IMG/VR virus record: IMGVR_UViG_3300031857_000047
Span: 32,001-96,000 of that record
DNA length: 64,000 nt
From: a virus
Strand: one strand, 5' to 3'
Shown: positions 49,093 to 59,300 of the stretch, one piece after another
How the letters are laid out: each line of letters begins with the position of its first letter
How positions within the stretch are numbered: the stretch's first letter is position 1
Program-made: the position numbers and the translations under genes
Notes under the pieces: model-generated
Database searches by the model: none
The model's input: the letters and a program-made list of their open reading frames with translations, nothing else
What the model was told of the DNA's origin: nothing

Positions 49093-49461
49093 TTAGATTG
49101 CTGTTAAAATTAACAAAGTTTCAGTAGAATCATCTGATAGTGTCCACTTATAGCGAACACTGTTGAAATCAGCTACAGTTCTAAAATTAATTTTTCTTAA
49201 AGTTTTGGGTGAACCATTTAACATTCCAACTAATGTTGCTTCACCGTTATTTGCTGGGTCTGAATTTGTACCTGCTACTAATTTACAAATTTCTACGGCT
49301 GTTGTACCGTTGTCTGTACTACATTTAAATCTACGAGCACTAACTTGATTTACAATAAAACCTTCATATACTGTGCCACCAGATTTAAATCTGATAGGAA
49401 GATGAGGGGTTGCTGCGGAACCAGTTGCTCCAAAATATCTTTTACTTAGTTTATTTGCCAT
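49093..49461 (-). CDS. Hypothetical virion protein (possible capsid decoration)
   Basis: 122 aa with its own late promoter (49531-49536) and strong AGGAGA SD; near the capsid gene. Confidence 0.5.
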   Translation of the reverse strand: MANKLSKRYFGATGSAATPHLPIRFKSGGTVYEGFIVNQVSARRFKCSTDNGTTAVEICKLVAGTNSDPANNGEATLVGMLNGSPKTLRKINFRTVADFNSVRYKWTLSDDSTETLLILTAI

Positions 49462-49533
49462 TTGTTTTCTCCTTTAGAGTGACGTTCTAGGTCTTGCTCA
49501 GTGGCGCTGCGCAATCATTTCTAGATACTTTAT

Positions 49534-49803
49534 TTATCCGCGACTTAGCATAGCCATTAACTCCAGTTTTTCTACTGTGGCTACGATTTGATTGATTGAG
49601 TCTATTTCTTTTTGAGCACGTTCTAAATAGCTTCTGCTGTGCGTTTGTCTATAATTAACCATAATTCTACTGTGTGTTTGTATATGATGATCAATTATTT
49701 TTTCTATCTGTTGCACATCGTGTGTAAACATAGGAAAGCGTTTGCGCCACACACTGTATTGCTGACGCAATTTTACAAAGTCTTTGTCACTTTCTATCTG
49801 CAT
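49534..49803 (-). CDS. Hypothetical helical protein (ATG start at 49803)
   Basis: ORF after the MCP terminator; TAAATA at 49808-49813, 4 nt before ATG. Confidence 0.6.
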   Translation of the reverse strand: MQIESDKDFVKLRQQYSVWRKRFPMFTHDVQQIEKIIDHHIQTHSRIMVNYRQTHSRSYLERAQKEIDSINQIVATVEKLELMAMLSRG

Positions 49804-49821
49804 CAACTATTTAAGTCAAAC

Positions 49822-49845
49822 AAAAAGGCTCCGAAGAGCCTTTTT
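49822..49845 (-). terminator. Rho-independent terminator after the major capsid gene
   Basis: GGCTC-TTCG-GAGCC-T5. Confidence 0.88.
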
Positions 49846-49874
49846 GAATTTAGTGCAATTATTTCTAATACGGA

Positions 49875-51050
49875 TTAGGTATAAGAAACACCAGCAATAG
49901 TTACTTGACCTAGGTAGTCCGCAGCATTACCAAGAGATGATGCTGTGTTTGTCAACTCTACATAACCATAACGTGTCATAAATGATACGACTGGTTCGAA
50001 AGTTGATGGGTCAAGAACAACGCCACTGCTCATCAATGGAATGTATGGGCAATAGAACGCTGCTGCGTCAGATTCGCTAGAACCTTTATAACCAACAACA
50101 ATTGCGCTGTTATCAGCAGCGTATGTGTTAACATACACTTTCATTGCGCTATTCAATGTACCAACAAACTTAGTGTTTGTAGGTGCTTCGAATGTACCTT
50201 CTGTTGTTCTTGCGAACGCAGAAGTTGTAGCACTTTGAAGAATTGTCAATGCTTGTGGGCTAACAACAGCCCAATTACCTGCACCGCGACGTGTACGCTG
50301 AGCGATCACGTTAGCAACACGGTTGATAGCAACTGCCAATGCGGCATGCTCGTCACCAACGAATGTAGCTGTACCAGACACTGCTGTTTGATCAAATGCT
50401 ACTGTGTTACTTGCGCCAGAAGCTAAAGTACCTAGGCTACGTAGAACTTCTTGGTCGATCTCAGCAGTAATCTCTTGTGCAAGAGCTGCCATGATCTCAG
50501 CTTCGATGTCAATGCCTTGTTGGGCTTGTGCATCTTGTGCTGCTTCGAATGTCCAGCGAGCTGACAACTTACGTGTCTTGGCTTCAACTGTTTGCTTCAA
50601 GATTTGGATGCTTAGTTTGTTACCAGCAACACCTTCTTTGGCTGCTGTAGCATCAGCTTTTCCTGGTGCAACACCAGAATAGCCTTCAGCAATCTTGAAT
50701 GGGCTTAGTGCCTCTTCACCAGCTGTTGTAGATCCACCTGTGCCGTCGCTGAATGTATCAGAATAACGAACACGTAGAGTGTGGATTTGACCAACTGGGC
50801 CAGTCATTGGTTGTACACCAACCAATTCATTAGCGATGACCGTAGGCATCACACGTCTGATCACTGGAAGGATCACACGATTTAGGGTTGCAACGTTGCC
50901 AGCGGATGTAGCTCCAGCTGTGGCGCTCTCTGCCAAATACTTGCGGGTATTCTCTAGAGTAGCTGCCATTACTGAACGCTTGTTACCTTGAAGACCTTCT
51001 AAAAGAGCTTCTTTGGTTTCCGACCAGCGTGACTCGAGTAATTGTGACAT
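49875..51050 (-). CDS. gp23: Major capsid protein
   Basis: LPVIRRVMP..IA..LVGVQPMTGPVGQI, VEAKTRKLSARWT.EAAQD, EIDQE, FYCPYIPL, F.TRYG. Confidence 0.97.
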   Translation of the reverse strand: MSQLLESRWSETKEALLEGLQGNKRSVMAATLENTRKYLAESATAGATSAGNVATLNRVILPVIRRVMPTVIANELVGVQPMTGPVGQIHTLRVRYSDTFSDGTGGSTTAGEEALSPFKIAEGYSGVAPGKADATAAKEGVAGNKLSIQILKQTVEAKTRKLSARWTFEAAQDAQAQQGIDIEAEIMAALAQEITAEIDQEVLRSLGTLASGASNTVAFDQTAVSGTATFVGDEHAALAVAINRVANVIAQRTRRGAGNWAVVSPQALTILQSATTSAFARTTEGTFEAPTNTKFVGTLNSAMKVYVNTYAADNSAIVVGYKGSSESDAAAFYCPYIPLMSSGVVLDPSTFEPVVSFMTRYGYVELTNTASSLGNAADYLGQVTIAGVSYT

Positions 51051-51061
51051 TATAGTTCTCC

Positions 51062-52156
51062 TTAAACTTTTAGTCCCGCAAGCCTGCGGATGTCAAAAAT
51101 TTCAGCAGTTTTTTCTTCACTGCTAAAAGATTGTGCCTGTTTTTTATCGCCTGTCATTTCTTTGCCTTCTATTAATGTTTTCTTAGCAGGTGCACCACCG
51201 TTCATTACTGATGGGATGTACTTGTCATAAGCTGTACGTAGTTTGTCTGTCTGAACTGACTCGAGTAATTCTTTCATTACTACACGCTTGTCTCCACTCA
51301 ATGGTCCGAGCAATTCGCTCATAACTTCTTTGCGGTTCATTGCGTCTTGTGCAATACGTAGTTCTTGTTCACGACTTTCTACTAATTTTTGTGTTTCTGC
51401 AACAATTTTTGCTGCTTCTTCGAGTTCTTGCTCTTTTGTAGCAACTACTCTTAGAAGTTTTGCTGTTTCGCTTTTCTCATTGAGATGGCTTGCAGCATAT
51501 TCACTTGCGAAGCTTTCAAAAATTCTGCGACCAAAATCATTTCTGCGGGCAGCATCGATATCGTCACGCAATTGTACCATTTCAGATTTTAGTCCTTTAG
51601 AGACTGTTTCTTGAATGATAGCTGATGAGCGAGCAATAAAATCTTTCTTAACTTGTTCAAACTTAGCTTTGCTTTCGCGAACTAGTTTAACTTTTGTTTC
51701 AGCTAAGTCTTTCTTATCTGAGTGGAATTCTGCGATTTCTTTCGCTAGTGCATCCACGATAAAAGATTCTAATTTACCAACGTTGTTAGCAACTGCTTTA
51801 CGATCTTCGTGTAGTTCTGCAAGTTCTTTGCGCAAATTATTCAATACAAATGCTTCCATTGCTGTAGCATCTTCTTTCATTTTTTGTGCATACTTGGCAC
51901 GAGCTTCGATAAGTCCTTGACGGTCTTCTGCTAGCTCTGATAGCTCTGCCTGTAGGCGGTCTGCTAACATTGCTTCTACAGCTTCAACCATTGCGGATTT
52001 GTCGTGCTCGTACTTTTGTGCAAATTCTTCACGTAGTGTAGCAGTGACTTGGTCACGGTTTTCTTGAATTCTGCTTTGCCAAGCGGTTTCAATTTCCGAT
52101 TTAAGTTCTTCGGAAATCACATTGTTTTCAAACAACTGTTTAACGAAATCTAGCAT
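51062..52156 (-). CDS. gp22: Prohead scaffolding/core protein
   Basis: Long Glu/Lys/Ala coiled coil between the protease and MCP genes. Confidence 0.8.
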   Translation of the reverse strand: MLDFVKQLFENNVISEELKSEIETAWQSRIQENRDQVTATLREEFAQKYEHDKSAMVEAVEAMLADRLQAELSELAEDRQGLIEARAKYAQKMKEDATAMEAFVLNNLRKELAELHEDRKAVANNVGKLESFIVDALAKEIAEFHSDKKDLAETKVKLVRESKAKFEQVKKDFIARSSAIIQETVSKGLKSEMVQLRDDIDAARRNDFGRRIFESFASEYAASHLNEKSETAKLLRVVATKEQELEEAAKIVAETQKLVESREQELRIAQDAMNRKEVMSELLGPLSGDKRVVMKELLESVQTDKLRTAYDKYIPSVMNGGAPAKKTLIEGKEMTGDKKQAQSFSSEEKTAEIFDIRRLAGLKV

Positions 52157-52171
52157 GTGATTCTCCTACTG

Positions 52172-52801
52172 TTATCTGAGACCTCTGATGATTCTCACCA
52201 GACTCTCTGCTATGTATTTCTGTGCCTTTGGGTCGCCTTTGACTTCTTGTGCTATTTTAAATGCCTGGTTTCCACCTAATGTGTTCATTAAATGTTCGTA
52301 AACTGGAGTTGGGTAAGCTCCCGGGGCGCTAGGTTGTGCTACAATATCAACCGTGATAATTTCAAAACCTTGAACATTACCACTGCCATCTACTTCACCG
52401 GAACCTCTACTCGATACACCCAACTTGACTCCCGACTGCAACATGGTCTGTACTAATTGACCCATCGGAGTTGGGATGATTTTAAGTTTTCCGTAGCCGT
52501 TAGGACCATCCATCCACATCTTGGTAATCATATGACTAACTCGATCTAGATTGATTTTTAAATCCTGAGGATGATCTAACTCTCCGCAAACTGAATATCC
52601 GCCAGAGATCTGCTCGTTAAGCGTTTTGACAGCCTTGCCAATCTCAAAGGAAGAATAAATTCGCTGGTTCTGATTACGGATATCTCCTTGAATACAGATA
52701 CCGTTCAGATGCAGCGATTTTGTTTCGCCCTCACCTTCGCTCTCCAAGACAATCTTAGCCTGGTCAAAACTCAATTGTTCGCTGAGATTAGTTTTCACCA
52801 T
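52172..52801 (-). CDS. gp21: Prohead protease
   Basis: NQNQRIY, GELDHP, RVSH, TPMGQ, GVSSRGSG and DIVAQPSAPGAYP. Confidence 0.95.
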   Translation of the reverse strand: MVKTNLSEQLSFDQAKIVLESEGEGETKSLHLNGICIQGDIRNQNQRIYSSFEIGKAVKTLNEQISGGYSVCGELDHPQDLKINLDRVSHMITKMWMDGPNGYGKLKIIPTPMGQLVQTMLQSGVKLGVSSRGSGEVDGSGNVQGFEIITVDIVAQPSAPGAYPTPVYEHLMNTLGGNQAFKIAQEVKGDPKAQKYIAESLVRIIRGLR

Positions 52802-52810
52802 TGCGTCCTA

Positions 52811-53713
52811 TTATCTACGACCACGGAAAAGACTTGCTTTGTCAACTGAACCGGAAGAACCACCTGCTCCGCTGAATTTACCTTCAGCTTCGCCTTTCTT
52901 CTCTGCACCATGGCCTGGCTCTTTCGTTGAGAAAGCACCACCTGCCTTGCCGCCTGGAACGTTGATGTTGCCTGCATTATCTTCTTTTGGTGTGCCTTTG
53001 AATAGGCTTGATCCGCCTAATTGGCCGCCACCTGCACCTGCATACTTAGGTGCTTCTTCTTTGCTGCCTAGAATGTTAGCAGTTGTACCGCCCATGTCAT
53101 TCTTACCAGCAACGATAGACTTGGTATTTACATTTGGCTTGTCGCTTAGTGAACCTGTACCGCTGAATTGACCTTCACCTTGGCCTTTCTTTTCTGCGCC
53201 ATGACCACCTGGAACTTTTTCTACGTACTCACGTACTGTTTCTAGATCAAAATCATCTTTCATTTCATTAGGTGCGTCCATTTTGCCACCTTCTTCGCCA
53301 CCGCCTAGTGCATCAAAACGTGCTTGTAGTTCGTCTACAATGCTGTCTAGGTCTTGGAATAATTCTTCTTCGCTGTTTGCACTTAGGTCGTCGTCTTCTT
53401 CAGGACCCATTTCGCCTGCTAGGTCATCGCCCATATCGCCGGCTGGTCCGCCTGTTTCATCATCGCCTTCGTAGGCAATGTCTTCAAATTCTTCGTCCAA
53501 ATCGTTCTCTTCATCAACTTCTGATTCTTCTTTAACTTCTGGATCATTTGGATTTTCTTTCTCTTCATCATCGCTCATTTCAGTTTCGATGAGATTTTCA
53601 TAAATTTCGCGAGATTTTCCAACTACGTACTCGTGGAATAATTCTTCTGCTTTTGCTTGATCGTCGTTGACCAAACGTTCGAGCATCTGCTCAAGTAGGG
53701 ATTTTTCTGCCAT
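52811..53713 (-). CDS. Acidic prohead core-like protein
   Basis: AEELFHEYVV.KSREIYENL start, very acidic middle and Gly/Lys-rich repeated tail; promoter at 53749-53754 with an AAGGAGA SD. Confidence 0.6.
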   Translation of the reverse strand: MAEKSLLEQMLERLVNDDQAKAEELFHEYVVGKSREIYENLIETEMSDDEEKENPNDPEVKEESEVDEENDLDEEFEDIAYEGDDETGGPAGDMGDDLAGEMGPEEDDDLSANSEEELFQDLDSIVDELQARFDALGGGEEGGKMDAPNEMKDDFDLETVREYVEKVPGGHGAEKKGQGEGQFSGTGSLSDKPNVNTKSIVAGKNDMGGTTANILGSKEEAPKYAGAGGGQLGGSSLFKGTPKEDNAGNINVPGGKAGGAFSTKEPGHGAEKKGEAEGKFSGAGGSSGSVDKASLFRGRR

Positions 53714-53776
53714 AATATATTCTCCTTAAGATGGTTAGGCTGTAAGTTTATTTAACACTCTGTTTATAAATCAGGG

Positions 53777-54418
53777 TTAAATGGTAGCTTTTTGATGATT
53801 TTCTGTTGTATAAGTACAATCGGGAAATTTTTTACCAAACTCTTCGTAGGTAATATGTTTGATATTTTTTAATTGAACGCTCAATTGATCTGGAATAAAA
53901 TCTCCAGGATTGATCACCCTATAATACTGAGTGTTTTTAAAATCTTTAATTGTTCTTTCAGTTTGACTTAACCAATTACCATGAAATGTTGCAGCGTCAT
54001 TACTCTTTTTGTAATTATAAGTATCTGCGTAAACATTGTTAAATTTTCCCTGTAAGCCTTGATAATCGAATCCAAAGATATAGATGTCTTTGTGTCCTTT
54101 TTCTGATGCAAACCATAATGCTGTAGGACCCGAGCTCCATCCTTTGTGAGGATGAAACAGGTTTAATCCGTGCTTGCTACTAATACCTTTATTTGGATTA
54201 GTCCAAACTGAATGCGTTTTATGATATCCTGATGCTATAATTTCATTCACCATTTTAACATCAACAGCTATTAAATGATGGGGTTCAAACTCTCTGTAGA
54301 CAGCATTGCAGGCATATACTATGCCTTTATCTAACAAATTTTTATGGTTTAATTGTAGTCTGCTTGTACCGTTTCCTAGCACAAATGCAACATTACTCTG
54401 CTGGTTGTTCTGCTTCAC
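53777..54418 (-). CDS. Rossmann-like glycosyltransferase-type protein (Maf/DUF115/sialyltransferase-like); probable GTG start
   Basis: AFVLGNGTSR, YACNAVYRE, HLIAVD, SSGPTAL and DIYIFGFD motifs. Confidence 0.6.
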   Translation of the reverse strand: MKQNNQQSNVAFVLGNGTSRLQLNHKNLLDKGIVYACNAVYREFEPHHLIAVDVKMVNEIIASGYHKTHSVWTNPNKGISSKHGLNLFHPHKGWSSGPTALWFASEKGHKDIYIFGFDYQGLQGKFNNVYADTYNYKKSNDAATFHGNWLSQTERTIKDFKNTQYYRVINPGDFIPDQLSVQLKNIKHITYEEFGKKFPDCTYTTENHQKATI

Positions 54419-54644
54419 CTGCTGGCGCTCCGTACATCTGTCTAACAAATTCTAATTCAGAATCACGTTCGTATTCGTGTGCTTCTGCTTGCATACGCAG
54501 TCTGTTAATTTGTCTTAGTGTAAGGCGAGTTTTTCTAGTATCGCTTCTTTTAAGAACTGAACTGTCTTTGTTATTTTCATAACGACGATCAACTGCAAAG
54601 TCGTTATTGTTGTCGTTAAAATAAAGGAATTCTAATAAGAGCAT
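54393..54644 (-). CDS. Small head-module protein of unknown function
   Basis: 83 aa, DTRKTRLTLRQINRLR; TAAATA 4 nt before ATG; follows the portal gene. Confidence 0.6.
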   Translation of the reverse strand: MLLLEFLYFNDNNNDFAVDRRYENNKDSSVLKRSDTRKTRLTLRQINRLRMQAEAHEYERDSELEFVRQMYGAPAGEAEQPAE

Positions 54645-54654
54645 ATGATATTTA

Positions 54655-56352
54655 TCATTGAGCTGGTTGTTCGGCAGGTGCTGCTTCGCCTTCTACACCG
54701 GCATCTGCTGGTGCTTCTTCCGGTGCTTCTGCTGTTTGTCCTGCCATATCTGTCTGTGTTCCTGAAGGAGTAATGCCTACTGAACGCATCTGTCCTGCAG
54801 CATCTAACACAGGTTTTAGATTTCCACCTTGTTCTTCTCTCCACAGCTTTTCGTTTTCTGTAATCTCTTCTTGTGTCATGCCTAAGAAGCGTTTCATTGC
54901 AAATCGCTTGCTAAGATGAGGAATTTCTTGTAATTGTGCAAATGTAGCTGCACGAGCAGTATCTAGTTCACTCTGTCGATAGGCTGCGAAATTCTGAGGA
55001 GGATTGAATTTTAATTCAAATAAACTAGGATCAATGTTGACTCCGTTATTCTCTAACCACATTTTAAATTCTAAGTCAAATGTTTCAATAATCATTGACT
55101 GTAGGCGCTCGCAGTATTTGTTAAATCGTAGTTCTTGAATGTAGGCTGTTCCTACTTTTCCGTCGGCAACAGTGTTGCTGGCTTCTTCAACACCTGTAGG
55201 CAAGTAAGCACTTGGTATTCTTAAAGCACGGAATAATTTATTAGTAAAAAAGCGTAAATCTGTAATTTCACCAAGATTTGTACCGCCTGCAAGTGTGTCA
55301 ACTTTTGATCCACGACCTTCTGCTGTCTGTGGAAAGAAGTAGTCTTCTGAAGCACTTAGAGGATTGTAGCTGGCATCAATAACATTATTGCCGCCACCTG
55401 TTGAGCTAGGAATACGTCTTTGTTGAATTTCGTTTTTGACACGTTCAACGAAGCTCATGGCCATGTGTGCTGGCATATTTCCAACGTCAATATAGAATAT
55501 TCGTCTTTCAGGAGCACGTTGAACACGATAGATAATGATCGCATCTTCGAGTAGTTCTTTCTGCTTGTAGACTTTGAATACTGATTCTAGTAGTGAATTA
55601 CCAAAAGGATAGTTAGTATCAATACCTTCACTTAGACTGATATGCACTACATTTTTTGCGTCAACAGTGACTTCATTTGTTTGATTGTGGAAACGTGTGC
55701 CCGGAGGCTGACTAGCAGAGCCAACCATACCTCTTCCCATACTTCCTCCACTGGTATATGAACTGGTACCACTAGGTGCAGTATTTGTAGTTCCGTGGGG
55801 AGTGACTGCAATTAAATCTTTAAAGTTAAAATTAATGTCCCTAATAACATACTGCTCAGGAATTTTACCTTCGCTTTCGTTTACAATAATTTTTGATACT
55901 TTGGCTGCATCAACGAACAACCATTTTTTGGTTTCAGGGTCGCGTATAAAAAATACATCGCCATACTTAAAAGCATTTCTAACAATACGGAAAATTCTAG
56001 TTTCGAATTGTTGTTGTTTGGTCCATTTTTGTAGACTTTCTTTGATTAGCTTAACTTCGGTGGAAGTAGGTTGGCCGCGAAAGAATGTTTGGAATGGAGT
56101 TGCATTTTCTTTATCTTTTTGAGTGCAGAACTCAGCAAGGATGTCTAGGGCAGCGTTAACTTCTGAATCCATATCCATGGTGTCATACTGCATATAACGT
56201 TCAACACGATTAGGAGTACCTGCATAAACGTCTGGCAAATAGCTAGAATAATTTGCTCGAGCTGGACCAGGGCGGCCGCCACCTGAAAGCGGACTGGACG
56301 ACCCCATTTGATTTCTAACATCAACTGGTGTGAAATATTTTTTCCAACTCAT
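54655..56352 (-). CDS. gp20: Portal protein
   Basis: YD.MD.DSEV..ALD, KQ.ELLEDAIIIYRVQRAPERRIFYIDVGNMP, EDYFFP...GRG..VDTL.GG.NLGEI.D, ELRF.KYCERLQ. Confidence 0.97.
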   Translation of the reverse strand: MSWKKYFTPVDVRNQMGSSSPLSGGGRPGPARANYSSYLPDVYAGTPNRVERYMQYDTMDMDSEVNAALDILAEFCTQKDKENATPFQTFFRGQPTSTEVKLIKESLQKWTKQQQFETRIFRIVRNAFKYGDVFFIRDPETKKWLFVDAAKVSKIIVNESEGKIPEQYVIRDINFNFKDLIAVTPHGTTNTAPSGTSSYTSGGSMGRGMVGSASQPPGTRFHNQTNEVTVDAKNVVHISLSEGIDTNYPFGNSLLESVFKVYKQKELLEDAIIIYRVQRAPERRIFYIDVGNMPAHMAMSFVERVKNEIQQRRIPSSTGGGNNVIDASYNPLSASEDYFFPQTAEGRGSKVDTLAGGTNLGEITDLRFFTNKLFRALRIPSAYLPTGVEEASNTVADGKVGTAYIQELRFNKYCERLQSMIIETFDLEFKMWLENNGVNIDPSLFELKFNPPQNFAAYRQSELDTARAATFAQLQEIPHLSKRFAMKRFLGMTQEEITENEKLWREEQGGNLKPVLDAAGQMRSVGITPSGTQTDMAGQTAEAPEEAPADAGVEGEAAPAEQPAQ

Positions 56353-56368
56353 TTATAATATCCTATTA

Positions 56369-59300
56369 TCATGCTCCATAGCTAAACATGTCGTTGCTTA
56401 GACCCCGTGTAGCACTTAATTGGCTTTCGCCTACATCTTTTAACTTTTGATTAATTGCAATCAATTGATCCATCTTAGTATTTAAGCTCGCAAGCAATGA
56501 TTCAGGAGTTTCTTGGCGGGCACCTGCTACAGCAGTTTGGGGACGGTCAGTCCTTCTTGGATCGTTTGCAGCCGCTGCTGCTCTAGCAGCATCTGCGGCA
56601 GCTTGAGGATTTCGTTGAGCTTCAGCTTCACCGCTTGCTACAGCTGACTGTACTGCTGCGGTAGTAGGAACTGAGGATCCTGGGGTATTACCTGTAGCTG
56701 TTGGAGCACCGCCTGTTTTTAACAAGCCCATAATGTCTTGTTGTTCTTTTCCAAATCTGTTTACTACACCGGCTTGTACGTTAGCAGTGCTGCCGCCAAA
56801 ATGTTTTTTGCCGCCGTCGGCTCCTCTTTCCGCATACACAGCTTTTACCAGTTGTTCATCGGTCATGCCTGGTTTGAACACACTGTTCATAATTTTCTGT
56901 GCGCCGGCGGGGCCATGTTGCACAGCAGTACTAAACAACATTTCTTGAAGAGCGCGACTACCGCTGATTCTTGATTGCAGACTTTTATCTTTTAGACCGT
57001 TTAGAGCTTGTTTATAACCTTGTCCTAACCACTCATTTTCGCTATCGCCTAATGCACCACTAGCGACTACTTCTTTCCATGCGTCAACTGCTTTTCCGCT
57101 AGTACTGCCTGTATCTTTTTCTATTCCTGCCTCACGTAATTTTTTAGCAACATCACCTTTGCCAGTTTTGTCGAGGAACTTAAGAAAATCTGTCATTGCT
57201 CCTGCTTTAGATGAAATTTGTTTTTTACCGTAGCTAGTACCACCTACTTTATCCCATCCAACAGTTCCGCTGCCTCGACCACCCGATTCATATTTCTCTG
57301 CTACAGCTCCTAAACCTGTACCAATCGCAGATGAAGATGCCCCACCACCTCCAACTGCCGATGCTCCAGGTTGATTAGTTGCTCCAGCAGTTTCACCTTT
57401 TTGCCTACGTACCATACTATCAAACATTTTTTGAGGATTTGACAGATCAATACCAGGAACGCCACTAGGTCCAGCAGCGGCAGCTTTAGCTGCTGCTACT
57501 TCTGCTTCTTTAGCGGCAGCAACTTTGTTGGCTGCTTCAACTTCTTTTTCTTTTGCTCTTGCCGCTGCCCTACCAGCTACTGTTTCTTTTTCTTTAACTT
57601 CTGTTGCTTCAGTAGTTGCTGTTTTTGCATCTGTTTGAACTTCTTCTACACCTCTAGCTGTTCGATTTTCGGCACGTTTTGCATCTCTAACTAGTTCTCG
57701 TTGTTTTAAATCTTTTCTTTCTGCAGCGATACTTTCACGACGAGCTTTTGCTTCATCCTTACTAATACCTCCAAATTTAGGTCCTAAAAATGCCAGTATA
57801 GATGTCATTAAATCTTTGAATCCCAATACAAATATATCGTATAGTTTATCGCCAACTGCTTCAAAAATAGTACCTAAGTCCCATCCCGAATTGTATAATG
57901 CTTTAAATGCTAGATATAGTGCTCCTACCACAAGAGCAATTTTTGCAAAAGGTCCCAACGCCATAAAGGATGCTACGCCCATTTTGAGTAAATTTCCTGC
58001 GGCACTTAATGCATTTACTGCCATAGCTTTTAACGGTGCTAGACTCAGTGTTATACCTAATGTTTGTAATGATTGTTTTAAGGTAGCTAGTGCTATTATA
58101 CCCTTGTAGGCCAAAAATGATCCAATCAATATGCCACCTGCAACTACTATGTTATCAAAGTTATCTACTACATAACGAAATGCTGGAACTACAACAAGTT
58201 CTACAACGTCAACTAGAGTTCGAAATGATTCCATCATTATGTCTAACAATCCGCTGTTAGCTAAAAACTTAGTAAACTCATTGCTTGTTTCTGCAATTTT
58301 ATTTTTATATGCCTCCATGCTTGCTGGATCTAGCTGCTTGTCTTTTAATTCTTTTTCTTTGGCTGCACGTTCGGCTGCGGTCTTTTGTTGTTCGGCCTGG
58401 ATCTGGCCCATAGTTTTTTCTCTGGCTGCGGCATCGGCTGCTCCTACAAAAAATCTTTTACTAGCTTCATCACCATGCAATGCCATATTTTCAGCAACAC
58501 CCGATTTTACAAAAGCCTTTACTTCATTTTGATAGGCAGCATTAAGTTGTTGTGCTTGATTTGCTCCCATTTTACCTGTGGTACGAATCTGCTGATTCAA
58601 CTGCATCATGTTTCTAGCACTTTGAGGCAAGAATGCCAATGCTTTTTTACCTGCTTCGGATGTAGCTGTACCTGTGGCAATAATTTCTTTCATGCCTTCT
58701 TGATGCTCTGCTGGTATAGAGTCCATTAAGGAATGCAAATTTTTCTGGCTTTCGGCATCTAACTTGCTAGCAATCAAACGGAACTGCGCATCTTTCATCC
58801 TAGCATTACGCTGATCTTCTAATTCTTTTTTGCTTTGACCTGTTAACTTTGTCAGTGCATCAAGATCTTTTAAGTATGATCCGGTCTGAGCTATCAATTG
58901 ACTATTGCTCATTCCTTGCAATGCTCCGGTCTTGGCTAACTGGGCTGCATAAGATGCCATACCTTCGTTAATAGCTTCAGTTGAATAGCCTAGTCGATTG
59001 AGATCTCCTGCTAATGGAGTTCCTTTAATTTGTTTACCTAGTGCTGCTAATCGTCTTGCACCTGCTTCACTATCACCACCTAACAATGCAAGGTCTTTAC
59101 CAGTCTTAGCAAGAATTCCACTAAACTGTTCAAATGTTAATCCAGCACCAGTTGCTGCATCCATCATCTCAGTCATGCTGCCGCCAAAGTTTGCACCGAC
59201 ACTGGCAGATTTCTTAAATGCTTCATAGGTTTTTTCAGCAGCTCCTGCTACCGCACCAAACATAGAACCTAGTACGCCTCCTACAATTGGTATTTGAGTA

